Below are positions 8,585-18,375 of a stretch of 25,926 nt of DNA, piece by piece. The DNA lies in NCBI GenBank assembly GCA_036149055.1, contig JAYZQJ010000226.1, forward strand, positions 1-25,926. Reading direction: 5' to 3'. The stretch's first letter is position 1. Every line of letters starts with the position of its first letter. Below the pieces are notes generated by a model. That model made no database searches. It had not been told where the DNA came from and saw only the letters and a program-made list of their open reading frames with translations. The position numbers and the translations under genes were made by a program. This DNA is from Myxococcota bacterium. GTDB taxonomy: Bacteria; Myxococcota_A; Polyangia; Polyangiales; Sandaracinaceae.

Positions 8585-9969
8585 CCCGCGGTCAGCGCCT
8601 CGGCGAGCTCGGCGTAGAGGTGCACGTTGGCGCGGATCGCCTTCTGGAAGACGCCGAGGTCCATCGACTCGTTGGGCCCGTGGGCGCCGGTCTTGGGGTC
8701 CATCACGCCGTTGAGGATGAGCGGAAGGTCCGAGAAGCGCCGGCCGAACATGGCCACGAACGGGATCGAGCCGCCGACGCCGATCGAGAGCAGCTTCTTG
8801 CCCCACGCCTTCTCGTAGGCGCGGTCAGCGGCCGGGAACGCGGGGCCCTTCGGCTCGTAGAGCCAGCTGTCGCCGCCGCCGAGCTTCTTCACGGTGACCT
8901 TCACGCCGCCGGTCGGCTTCTCGGTCAGGGTCCGCTCGATCAGCGCGTAGAGCTCGTCGCCGGTCTGCCCCGGCGCGACGCGGCAAGAGAGCTTGGCCGC
9001 GGCCTTGCCGCGCACCGCGTTCTTCTCGCGCCCCGGCTGCGGGAGCGTCGTGCTCAGGATGGTCACCGCCGGCTGCCGCCACACCCACTCGGCGGGCGTC
9101 CGGTCGCGGTCGGGCAGCGGATCGACGCCGTCGATCACGCGGGCGCCGTCGCGGATCACCGCGTCGTTCAGCGGCACGTCGCGCGACGCCTCGCGCCACT
9201 CGGCCGGCACCTCGACCCGGCCGACCTTCAGCCGACCGTCCTCGTCGACCAGGCGGCTGATCAGCGTGACGAGCGCGATGGCCGGGTCCGGCACCACGTT
9301 GCCCCAGAGCCCGCTGTGCACGTCGGCGGCGAGGGACTCGCACGTCAGCTCGACCTCGAGCAGGCCGCGCAGCGAGACGGTCAGCCCGGGGATCTCGGTC
9401 GACGGGTTCTCGCAGTCGGTCAGCACCATCACGTCCGAAGCGAAGGCCTCGGGGTAGGCGTCCATGAAGCGCTCGAGGTTCGGCGAGCCGATCTCCTCCT
9501 CCCCCTCGATGAGGAGCTTCACGTTGACGGGGAGCTCGCCCGTCTCGGCGAGCCACGCCTTCATCGCGGCGAGGTGCGAGACCCAGCCGCCCATGTCGTC
9601 GGCGCTGCCGCGCGCGTAGAGGCGTCCGTCCTGCGTCCGCGCCTCGTGCGGCGGCGTGTCCCACGGCTCCCCGGCCACCGGCTGGAGATCGAGGTGGCCG
9701 TAGATCAGCACCGTCGGCTTGCCCGGCGCCTTCATGCGCTCGGCGGCGACGCAGGGGAGCGCTCCGTCGAGCTCGAGCAGGCGCGCGTCCTCCATGCCCA
9801 GCGCGGCGAGGTCGTCGCGGATGCGCTCGGCCAGCTTCTTCACGTCGGCGGCGTGCTCGGGCTCGCAGCTGATCGCGGGGATGCGCAGGTACTCGGTGAG
9901 CTGGGCCAGGGTGGCCTCGAAGTCTCGGTCGGCCCGGGCGGCCACGGCGTCGGCGTCGGCGTCGGTCAT
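8581..9969 (-). CDS. M20/M25/M40 family metallo-dipeptidase
   Basis: YGHLDLQP, RGSADDMG, EGEEEIGS, HSGLWG, GGSIP and HGPNE metal-binding/catalytic motifs. ATG at 9969 overlaps the upstream stop (ATGA). Confidence 0.95.
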   Translation of the reverse strand: MTDADADAVAARADRDFEATLAQLTEYLRIPAISCEPEHAADVKKLAERIRDDLAALGMEDARLLELDGALPCVAAERMKAPGKPTVLIYGHLDLQPVAGEPWDTPPHEARTQDGRLYARGSADDMGGWVSHLAAMKAWLAETGELPVNVKLLIEGEEEIGSPNLERFMDAYPEAFASDVMVLTDCENPSTEIPGLTVSLRGLLEVELTCESLAADVHSGLWGNVVPDPAIALVTLISRLVDEDGRLKVGRVEVPAEWREASRDVPLNDAVIRDGARVIDGVDPLPDRDRTPAEWVWRQPAVTILSTTLPQPGREKNAVRGKAAAKLSCRVAPGQTGDELYALIERTLTEKPTGGVKVTVKKLGGGDSWLYEPKGPAFPAADRAYEKAWGKKLLSIGVGGSIPFVAMFGRRFSDLPLILNGVMDPKTGAHGPNESMDLGVFQKAIRANVHLYAELAEALTAG

Positions 9970-10595
9970 TCGTTCTCCGGATCCTGTCGGCAGAGGGTGA
10001 ACCAGTAGTCGAGGAGGAGGTCGCCCTTCGCGTCCTCCCGGGAGGCGCGCCCCACGCTCACGTGCGTCGAGACGCGGCGCATGAAGTCGCGTGTGTTCAG
10101 GTAGACGAGGCGCTGGAGCCCTTGCGCGTTCGGGACCACCGCCGGCCAGCCCCGGGGCACCTCGCCGCCGGGGACCTGGTGGTAGTCGACGACCACGCCG
10201 CCGCGCTCGGCCCACTCGGGGCGCGCGTCGGTCTCGTAGGCCACGAAGTAGCCAGGCTTGATGAACCAGGCGTTCGAGGCGTTGTAGCCGATCAGCCGAT
10301 CGGGCTCGTCCGCGGATCGGGCGAAGCGCTTCTCGAAGCGCTGAAAATGCGTGAGCGTCGCGATCGTGTTGCGCCCCGGGTGGTGCACCGGCGTCAGCGC
10401 GGACACCCGCTCGGGGACGAAGTGGGTGATCCGGATCGGCGCGGCGTCGGCCGCGATGTCGAAGAGGGCGGCCTGCTCGGCCCGGCGGAGGCCGTTCACC
10501 TCGCGCTCCCTCCGCGCGGCGTCGAGCTCGTCGAGGTAGCCCGCGATCGCGTCGATCGCGTCCTGCGCCCGGATCCGCCGCTCGAGCTCGCTCAT
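9966..10595 (-). CDS. Hypothetical protein (209 aa)
   Basis: MSELERR... has globular composition and GC3-biased codons, and its stop overlaps the M20 peptidase start. No family recognised. Confidence 0.75.
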   Translation of the reverse strand: MSELERRIRAQDAIDAIAGYLDELDAARREREVNGLRRAEQAALFDIAADAAPIRITHFVPERVSALTPVHHPGRNTIATLTHFQRFEKRFARSADEPDRLIGYNASNAWFIKPGYFVAYETDARPEWAERGGVVVDYHQVPGGEVPRGWPAVVPNAQGLQRLVYLNTRDFMRRVSTHVSVGRASREDAKGDLLLDYWFTLCRQDPENE

Positions 10596-10716
10596 GGAGG
10601 GCGGTGTGCCACCCCGGCGGGGCGGCGCGCAAGGAGGGATCACAGGCGCGGGAGGTCTCCCGCCACGGGTGGGGCATCCTGCCCGGAATCGAGTCGGCGT
10701 GCGCGACCGGGGCGGG

Positions 10717-10732
10717 TGGCACGATGAGTGAA
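10717..10732 (+). promoter_or_regulatory. Possible sigma54 -24/-12 promoter
   Basis: TGGCACG-ATGA-GTGAA: perfect -24 box but a degenerate -12 box (GA instead of GC), upstream of the CDS at 10840. Confidence 0.35.
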
Positions 10733-10839
10733 ACCCTCGAGCACGAATCCGCTTTTTTGACCGGCACCTCGAAAACGGAGTAGCGCTTGGGCGAGGCGTG
10801 CTCTCGCCGAAGTGATTCGCCGCACGCCGGGAGGTCCAG

Positions 10840-11313
10840 ATGCACCGAGCCACGATGCTCGCGAGGCGGCTCTCGTTCGGAGCCGTCGCCGCGATGGCGG
10901 TCCTGTACGCTTCGCACCCCAGCTCCGCTCAGCGGGACCGCGCGGTGCGCGTCGCGGTCGGCGAGACCGGCGGCGCCCAGCGCCAGGCCCTCGCCGGCGC
11001 GATCAGCGAGGCGCTCGACCGCGCCCCCGACGTCCGCCTCGCCCCGGCCGGCCGCGCCGACCTCGTGGTGCGCGGCTCGATCGTGCGCCTCGAGCGGACC
11101 CGGGTCGCCGAGGGGCTCGAGGTCCGGTGCGAGGTCTCGCTGGTGGTCGCGGACGCGCGGGGCGGCGCGGTGCGGGCGATGCTCCGCGGACGCGCCGGCG
11201 CACGGGGCGGCACCGACGTGGCGCGCCTCCAGGGCAACGCGCTCCGGGCGGCCGTCCGCGGCGCGCTCCGTCCGCTGGCCCAGCACGGGCACGCCCTCGC
11301 TCGGGGACAGTAG
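10840..11313 (+). CDS. Secreted hypothetical protein
   Basis: GGGAGG Shine-Dalgarno before the ATG; signal-peptide-like N-terminus (RRLSFGAVAAMAVLYASHPSSA) followed by an alpha/beta domain. Confidence 0.75.
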   Translation: MHRATMLARRLSFGAVAAMAVLYASHPSSAQRDRAVRVAVGETGGAQRQALAGAISEALDRAPDVRLAPAGRADLVVRGSIVRLERTRVAEGLEVRCEVSLVVADARGGAVRAMLRGRAGARGGTDVARLQGNALRAAVRGALRPLAQHGHALARGQ

Positions 11314-11354
11314 ATAAAGATATCGCTACCCCACTTGTGAGCCCTCTCACGAAC

Positions 11355-11370
11355 CGGCATTCTGAGCGCT
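11355..11370 (+). promoter_or_regulatory. Possible sigma54 promoter
   Basis: CGGCATT-CTGA-GCGCT has GG and GC at -24/-12 spacing, followed by GGAGG (11385-11389) and ATG at 11395. Confidence 0.35.
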
Positions 11371-11394
11371 CTTGGGCTTGGGATGGAGGTTCTC

Positions 11395-13023
<1,629 letters not shown>

Positions 13024-13062
13024 CTTCTTTCGGAGCCAGCGCGCGGATCGGTACCCTGAGCC

Positions 13063-14664
13063 GTGCGCTGGCCGTGGCTCGCTCTCTGTCTGACGATCGC
13101 GTCGTCCCCCGCGGCGGCGCAGCGGCCCGGCCCGCAGCTCGCGCTGGGCGGGGACGTGCTCTACGACGCGCCGCTCGACTACCAGCTGCGCCGGCGGGCG
13201 CGCGAGGTCGGGCGCGCGCAGGCCCTGCGAGAGATCTTCGTCGACCTCGCCCCCACCCTCGCGCAGGCCGACCTAGCGCTGGTGAACCTCGAGACGCCCG
13301 TCTCGCGCCGCTATCGCGATCGCGAGGAGGGGCCGGATCGCGGGGCCGCGGTCTTCTGCGCGCCCGACGACTTCCTCGACGCGCTCGTCAGCGCGGGGGT
13401 CGACGCGGTGACGATCGCCAACAACCACGCCTACGACCAGGGCACCCGCGGGCTCGCCAACACGGTGGCCGCCTGCGAGGCGCGCGAGGTGTCGACCATC
13501 GGCGCCGGCGAGGACGCGGCCGCCGCGGCGCGAGCGCGCGTCGTCGAGGTCGCCGGCGCGCGGATCGCCATCGCGGCCTGGACGGAGGGCTCGAACCGCC
13601 GCCCCCAGTCCCACGAGGCGAGCCGGCCTCGCATCGCGTTCCTGCGCGACGGCACGATCGCCGAGAGCCTGCGCGCGGCGCGCGGAGACGCGAGCCTGGT
13701 CATCGCCGTCTTCCACTGGATCCGCGAGGACCTCACCCGCCCTCGCCCGGTGATGCGTCGGGTCGCGCGCGAGGCGGCGGAGGCGGGCGCCGACCTCGTC
13801 GTCGGCCACGGCACGCACGTGCCCGGCGCGACCGAGACGCTGACCACCTCGGACGGCCGCGAGGTCCCCGTCCTCTACTCGCTCGGCAACCTGCTCGCCG
13901 CGATGGAGGAGCCCGCGGGCACCCTGCTGAGCACCGAGGTCGGGGTGCGCGACGCGCCCCTCGCGATGGTCCGCACCGAGTGGGCCGGCGAGCGGCTCCG
14001 GGTCCGCGAGGTCGAGGTGAAGCACCACTGGATCGCCCGCCCGCTCGGGAGCGCGCCGTGGCTCGAGGGCGGCACGCTCGGCGCGACGCGGCCGGTGTCG
14101 ATCGAGGCGGAGCTCCGTCGGCTCGCGAGCGCGTCCTGCGGTCAGCGCTGCGATCTGCGCGCGGCCGCCCTCCAGCGTCGGGTCGCGCTCATCGACGCGG
14201 CGATGTCCCCGGTCGACGCGCCCGCGCCCCCGCCCCGGCTCGCCGCCCTGCCCTCTCCGCCCGCTCGCTCCCGATCGCCTCGCCCTCGGCCCGCTCGGTC
14301 ACGGCCCGCTCGGTCGCGGCCCCGCGGTTCCGCCCCGACCCGCGCGCCTTCGCCGCGCACCGCCGACTCCGATCCCCGCCTCGCCCCGTGGCTGCGCGGC
14401 GCGGAGCTCCGCGTGACCTTCCCCGAGGGCGGCGCCCGCGAGTCCAGCGTCGACGCCCGCGCCATCGCGCGTCTCGCGGCTCTCCTCCGCGAGGACCGCT
14501 CCTTGCGCGCCGAGGTGATCGCCCACGCGCCCGACGCGAGCCTCGCCGCGCTGCGCGCCCGCCGGGTGAAGGGGCTGATCGCGATCCGCGGACCCTCCCG
14601 CTCCCGCTTCCGTCACCGCGGCTCCGCCGGTCCTTCGCGCGTCGTCATCCGCCTTCATCGGTAG
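13063..14664 (+). CDS. CapA (PGA_cap metallophosphatase-like) family protein with Pro/Arg linker and degenerate OmpA-like C-terminal domain
   Basis: Signal peptide; GGDV, NLETP, ANNHAYDQG, FHW, GADLVVGHGTHV and YSLGNL motifs. The C-terminal VTFPEGG...AIARLAALLREDRSLRAEVIAHA...LAALRARRVK resembles OmpA-C. Confidence 0.85.
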   Translation: MRWPWLALCLTIASSPAAAQRPGPQLALGGDVLYDAPLDYQLRRRAREVGRAQALREIFVDLAPTLAQADLALVNLETPVSRRYRDREEGPDRGAAVFCAPDDFLDALVSAGVDAVTIANNHAYDQGTRGLANTVAACEAREVSTIGAGEDAAAAARARVVEVAGARIAIAAWTEGSNRRPQSHEASRPRIAFLRDGTIAESLRAARGDASLVIAVFHWIREDLTRPRPVMRRVAREAAEAGADLVVGHGTHVPGATETLTTSDGREVPVLYSLGNLLAAMEEPAGTLLSTEVGVRDAPLAMVRTEWAGERLRVREVEVKHHWIARPLGSAPWLEGGTLGATRPVSIEAELRRLASASCGQRCDLRAAALQRRVALIDAAMSPVDAPAPPPRLAALPSPPARSRSPRPRPARSRPARSRPRGSAPTRAPSPRTADSDPRLAPWLRGAELRVTFPEGGARESSVDARAIARLAALLREDRSLRAEVIAHAPDASLAALRARRVKGLIAIRGPSRSRFRHRGSAGPSRVVIRLHR

Positions 14665-14699
14665 GGCCTCGTCTTCGTCTCCGGAGCTGCGGGGGCTTC

Positions 14700-15530
14700 G
14701 GGGTCGGCTCTCGCAAAGGCGCGAAGGCGCGAAGATGTATGAGGGGGCCGCGGGGTGGCGGCTCGCCGCCCGGTGTCCGGGCTGCCCGCTCATTGGCGAC
14801 CGTCCACTTGTCTCTCGCAGAGGCGATCGGGTGGCCGCAGGTGGACGCTCGCCGCCGGTCACCGGGCTGCCCGCGGCTTGTTGCCTCGTCTCTCACGCGC
14901 AGGAACCCGAGATGGCCGCTGAACCCGTCAGCGGTGTCGCAGTCACACCGCGATCGACGGATCGACACCCGGCGCACCTCCATCCCGCTGCCTACCGACC
15001 AACTTGGCGCCTTTGCGTCTTTGCGTGAAATCAATAGACAGCCGCCAAGCCCCCAACAGCCCGGACACCGCCGGCGAGCCGCCATCCCGCGGCCCGGTTC
15101 CCGAGCCTCCAACCACTCCCGCGGGCAGGGGCACGGGCACGGGCGGGCCCAAGGCGACGAAGAGGAGAGCGAGAGCGAGGAGGCTGGGCCCGACAGCGGT
15201 GTCGCAGTCACACCGCGATCGACGGGTCGACACCCGGCGCACCTCCACCCCGCTGCCTACCGACCAACTTGGCGTCCTTGCGTCTTTGCGTGAAATCGAT
15301 AGACGGCCACCAAGACACCGGCAGCCCGGACGCCGCCGGCGAGCCGCCACCCCGACGCCCCTCTGCGCCTCTGCGACTCTGCGAGAAATTAATAGACAGC
15401 CGCCAAGCCCCCGACAGCCCGACCACCGGCGGCGAGCCGCCACCCCGCGGCCCCCTCATGCATCTTTGCGCCTTTGCGCCTTTGCGAGAGCCAAATGGAC
15501 AGCCGCCGAGACACCAACAGCCCGGCGAGC
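14700..15530. repeat. Second copy of the modular fold-back repeat family, between convergent genes
   Basis: Same B core (14708-14735, inverted at ~15461-15490) and A core (partial at 14811-14825, inverted at 15361-15388). Also a third core variant TTGGCG(C/T)C(T/C)TTGCGTCTTTGCGTGAAA, a (GGGCAC)n module at 15121-15154, 65-bp inverted arms 14706-14770/15428-15492, and a ~160-bp direct repeat starting at 14929 and 15194. Confidence 0.9.
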
Positions 15531-15534
15531 CTCT

Positions 15535-16128
15535 TCAGCGGCGTTTCCAGCGGCCGATGTGTTCGAGGCCCTCTCGGCCCGGATGGGAGTGGGTGACGGG
15601 TTCGAGGCGGACGGGGCGCCAGCGGGGCTCGAGGAGGTCGCGGAGGTGCTCGGGGAGGAGAGGGAACGGGGGGCCCTCGCCGAAGGGAGAGTCGCCCTCG
15701 ACCGCGGGGAAGATGAGAGTCACCAGCTCGCCGTCGGGCGCCACGAGCGCGTCCATCTTGTCGGCCCAGCGCGGGCGCTCGCTCGGATCGATCGCGCAGA
15801 GGAACGTGTAGTCCCAGACCAGGTCGTAGGGCGCGGCGGGCGTGTGGGCGAAGAAGTCCTCGATGAGGATGTGGGCGCGGTCGGCGCCGATGCCGCGCTC
15901 GGCGCGCAGGTCGGCGAAGCGGCGGGCCGCGGTCGGGGCGACGTCGAGGCCGACGACCTCGCGGTCCTCGGAGGCGAGCGTGAACACGTCCCAGCCCGCC
16001 CCGCAGCCGGGGACGAGGGCGCGGCCGGTCGGTAGATCTCCGCCGCGGACCAGCTCCTCGAGGATGGGCGGCGAGCCGCCCGCGTCCCACCCCGTGCGCC
16101 CCTCCTGCCAGGCCTTCTCCCAGGTCAT
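15535..16128 (-). CDS. TPMT-family SAM-dependent methyltransferase, halide/thiocyanate (HOL/HMT)-like
   Basis: W..AW.EGRTGWD, LPTGRALVPGCGAGWDV, VVGLD, DLVWDYTFLCAIDP, PDGELVTLIFP, GPPF and REGLEHIGRWK motifs. Confidence 0.88.
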   Translation of the reverse strand: MTWEKAWQEGRTGWDAGGSPPILEELVRGGDLPTGRALVPGCGAGWDVFTLASEDREVVGLDVAPTAARRFADLRAERGIGADRAHILIEDFFAHTPAAPYDLVWDYTFLCAIDPSERPRWADKMDALVAPDGELVTLIFPAVEGDSPFGEGPPFPLLPEHLRDLLEPRWRPVRLEPVTHSHPGREGLEHIGRWKRR

Positions 16129-16143
16129 GGGTGCAGCCTGGGG

Positions 16144-17610
16144 TCAGCGGAGCTGGATGGCCGCCGTGGTGAGCGAGGGCCCGACGCTGCCGCTCGTGCG
16201 CATCGCCGCGTTGGAGGGGCCGAGGCCGTCGAGGGTGCGGTAGACCACGCAGCCTGCGCCGCCGCCCGCGCCGCCGCCGTTCGCGCCGCCGGAGGCCCGG
16301 TCGGTCCCGTCGTCGCCGTCGAGGGTAGCGCCGCCGCCGCCGTCGCCGCCGTTGCCGCCGTAGCGGAAGCCGCCGCCGCCGCCGCCGTTGGCCTGGCCGA
16401 GGGTCATCGCGCCGTCCTGACCGTCGTCGCCGGCGGAGCTCTCGCCGCCACCGCCGCCGCCCCCGCCGCCGGAGGTCGTCACGCCCGCGCCGCCGCCGAG
16501 GGTGACGGTGGGCGCCTCGAGCAGGATGGCGCCGCCGCTGCCGCCGCCGCCGCCCGCGCCCCAGTTGGTGTAGCGGTCGTCGTTGTCCGCGCCGCGCCCG
16601 CCGCCGCCGCCCGCGAGGACGAAGCCCTCGACGGTGATGCTGCCGCGCGCGCTGATCTGGAGGGCGCCGCCGCCCGCGCCGCCGAGGCCGGTGTTGCCCG
16701 CCCCTCCGCCGCCGGGTCCGCCGCCCGCGCGGCCGCCGTCGCCGAGCCCGCCGCCGCTGCCCGCGCGGAGCGGGACCAGGAAGGCGGCCGAGAGGGCGCT
16801 GCCGCCCGCGCCGCCGGCCGCGTCGTCACCCTGCCCGCCGGTCCCGCCGGCCCCGCAGAGCGCGCCGCCACCGCCGCCGCCGTCGTCGTAGGTGCCGACG
16901 TGCGCGCCGCCCTGCCCGGGCGCCGGGCCCTCGCCCGCCGGAGACGCCGGCAGCCCGCCGCGCCCGCCGCCGGGGCCGGGGACCACGCCGCGCGCGCTGG
17001 CGTCGAGCGCCGCCTCCGCCTCGATGGTCACGTCGCCGTTCGCCATGATCACCAGCGGGCGGTCGCCCCGGACGACGAGCCCGGAGCGGCTCCGGATCAC
17101 GAAGTCGCCGACCTGGATCACGCAGACCTCGCCGCCGCCCTCCTGGCGCTGCACGACCGAGGGGGCCATGCGCGCCATGCACGTCGTCGTGTCGAAGGTG
17201 AGGGGGTCGCCGGGGTTGTCGATGACGAGGTCCGGCGCGTCGGCCAGCCAGAGCGAGGCGGGCACGTTGGAGGGCACCATCTCGGCGCAGCGCGCCTCAC
17301 CCGACGGCGCGCAGCCGAGCAGGCAGGTCTCGGTTCCGTCGCAGGTGGTCACCACGCCCTCGGCGCAGCTCGGCTCGATCGTGCAGCCCGCGTCCCGCGG
17401 CGGAGGCACGTCCGCGTCCCGCGGAGGCGGGGGCACGTCCGCGTCCCGCGGGGGCGGAGGAGGCACGTCGGCGTCGCCCGTGGGGACGCCCGAGTCCATG
17501 AGGGTCACCTGGCCGGCGTCGTCCGTCCCGCCGAGGCGGTCCGGGTCCGGACCGATGAGGGTGCTGCACGCGCCCAGGAGGAGCGCGACCGAGAGCCAAA
17601 GCCACCGCAT
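16144..17610 (-). CDS. Glycine-rich myxobacterial lipoprotein
   Basis: Lipobox LLGAC; DADVPPP(P)R repeats; short Cys-rich segment; long GGGG-rich region punctuated by GGALQISA and GGAILLEA beta motifs. Confidence 0.85.
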   Translation of the reverse strand: MRWLWLSVALLLGACSTLIGPDPDRLGGTDDAGQVTLMDSGVPTGDADVPPPPPRDADVPPPPRDADVPPPRDAGCTIEPSCAEGVVTTCDGTETCLLGCAPSGEARCAEMVPSNVPASLWLADAPDLVIDNPGDPLTFDTTTCMARMAPSVVQRQEGGGEVCVIQVGDFVIRSRSGLVVRGDRPLVIMANGDVTIEAEAALDASARGVVPGPGGGRGGLPASPAGEGPAPGQGGAHVGTYDDGGGGGGALCGAGGTGGQGDDAAGGAGGSALSAAFLVPLRAGSGGGLGDGGRAGGGPGGGGAGNTGLGGAGGGALQISARGSITVEGFVLAGGGGGRGADNDDRYTNWGAGGGGGSGGAILLEAPTVTLGGGAGVTTSGGGGGGGGGESSAGDDGQDGAMTLGQANGGGGGGFRYGGNGGDGGGGATLDGDDGTDRASGGANGGGAGGGAGCVVYRTLDGLGPSNAAMRTSGSVGPSLTTAAIQLR

Positions 17611-17647
17611 GGGGACATCCTGGCAAAGGCGCGCCCCGGAGAGAAGG

Positions 17648-18298
17648 CTACCAGGGCAAGATCTCGCCGTTCGCGTGCCAGAACGTCCCGCTGTTGTCCG
17701 CGTTCAGCCCGTCGATGCGGGCCCAGAGCTGCGAGGCCGCCTCGGCCGGCTCCACGTTGCCGTTGTGGCCGGTCATGTCGGTCTTCACGAAGCCCGGGTG
17801 GAGGATGGCCACCGCGACGCCGCGATCCTTCAGGTCGTGCGCGAGCGAGACGCCGGCCATGTTCACCGCCGCCTTGCTCATGCGGTAGCCGTAGCGGCTC
17901 CCGCTCGTGTTGTCGGCGATCGAGCCCATGCGGCTGGTGATGATCGCCACCTTCGAGGGGTCCTTCATCTTCGGGGCCAGCGCGGCGGTCACCCGGAGCG
18001 GCCCGAGCGCGTTGACCTCGAGCTGCTGCCGGATCGAGTCGAAGTCGAGCGCCTCGAGGGTCTCCTGGCGGAGGAGCCCGGCGTTGTTGATGAGCACGTC
18101 GATCCCGTCGAGGCGATCGGCCAGGGCCTTCACCGCGCCGTCGTCGGTGACGTCGACGCCGGACTCGATCTGCACGCCGAGGGCCTTCAGCGCGTCGCTC
18201 GGCTCGCGGCAGACCGCGATGACCTCGTTTCCGTCCGCCCGCTGCTTGGCCAGCTCGAGCCCGATGCCGCGGTTCGCTCCCGTGATGACGATCTTCAT
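17648..18298 (-). CDS. Short-chain dehydrogenase/reductase, CsgA (C-factor)-like subfamily
   Basis: ITGANRGIG, DVLINNAG, NALGPLRVT, TSRMGSI, YRMSKAAVNM (YxxxK), LHPGFVKTDM and terminal LPW. ATG at 18298 is inferred. Confidence 0.93.
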   Translation of the reverse strand: MKIVITGANRGIGLELAKQRADGNEVIAVCREPSDALKALGVQIESGVDVTDDGAVKALADRLDGIDVLINNAGLLRQETLEALDFDSIRQQLEVNALGPLRVTAALAPKMKDPSKVAIITSRMGSIADNTSGSRYGYRMSKAAVNMAGVSLAHDLKDRGVAVAILHPGFVKTDMTGHNGNVEPAEAASQLWARIDGLNADNSGTFWHANGEILPW

Positions 18299-18375
18299 GG
18301 CCGCGACCCTAGGACCGCTCCCGCGAAATCGAAACCCCACTTCTCAGGGGCGGCCCCAGGAAGTAGTCATGCCTC

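Noticed and set aside
10596..10612. Sigma54 promoter on the minus strand (TGGCACA) before the CDS at 10595
   Set aside because: There is no GC at the -12 position and it is too close to the start codon.
10596..10839. Riboswitch or ncRNA in the divergent intergenic region (hairpins GCGGGAG-GT-CTCCCGC at ~10648-10663 and GGCGAG...CTCGCC at ~10790-10808)
   Set aside because: No recognisable riboswitch consensus, and short GC hairpins are expected by chance. An Rfam search would be needed.
13063..14664. Poly-gamma-glutamate capsule locus
   Set aside because: Only a CapA-domain gene is present; there is no CapB/CapC synthetase.
14645..15811. ORFs spanning the second repeat cluster (14645..15211, 14943..15443, 15004..16035, 15269..15811)
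   Set aside because: Repeat-derived peptides overlapping in several frames, with no transposase motif (no HUH/Y1 or DDE pattern).
16144..17610. Mycobacterial PE_PGRS gene or horizontal transfer
   Set aside because: No PE domain, and it has a lipobox. Gly-rich lipoproteins of this style are common in myxobacteria, so the similarity is compositional.
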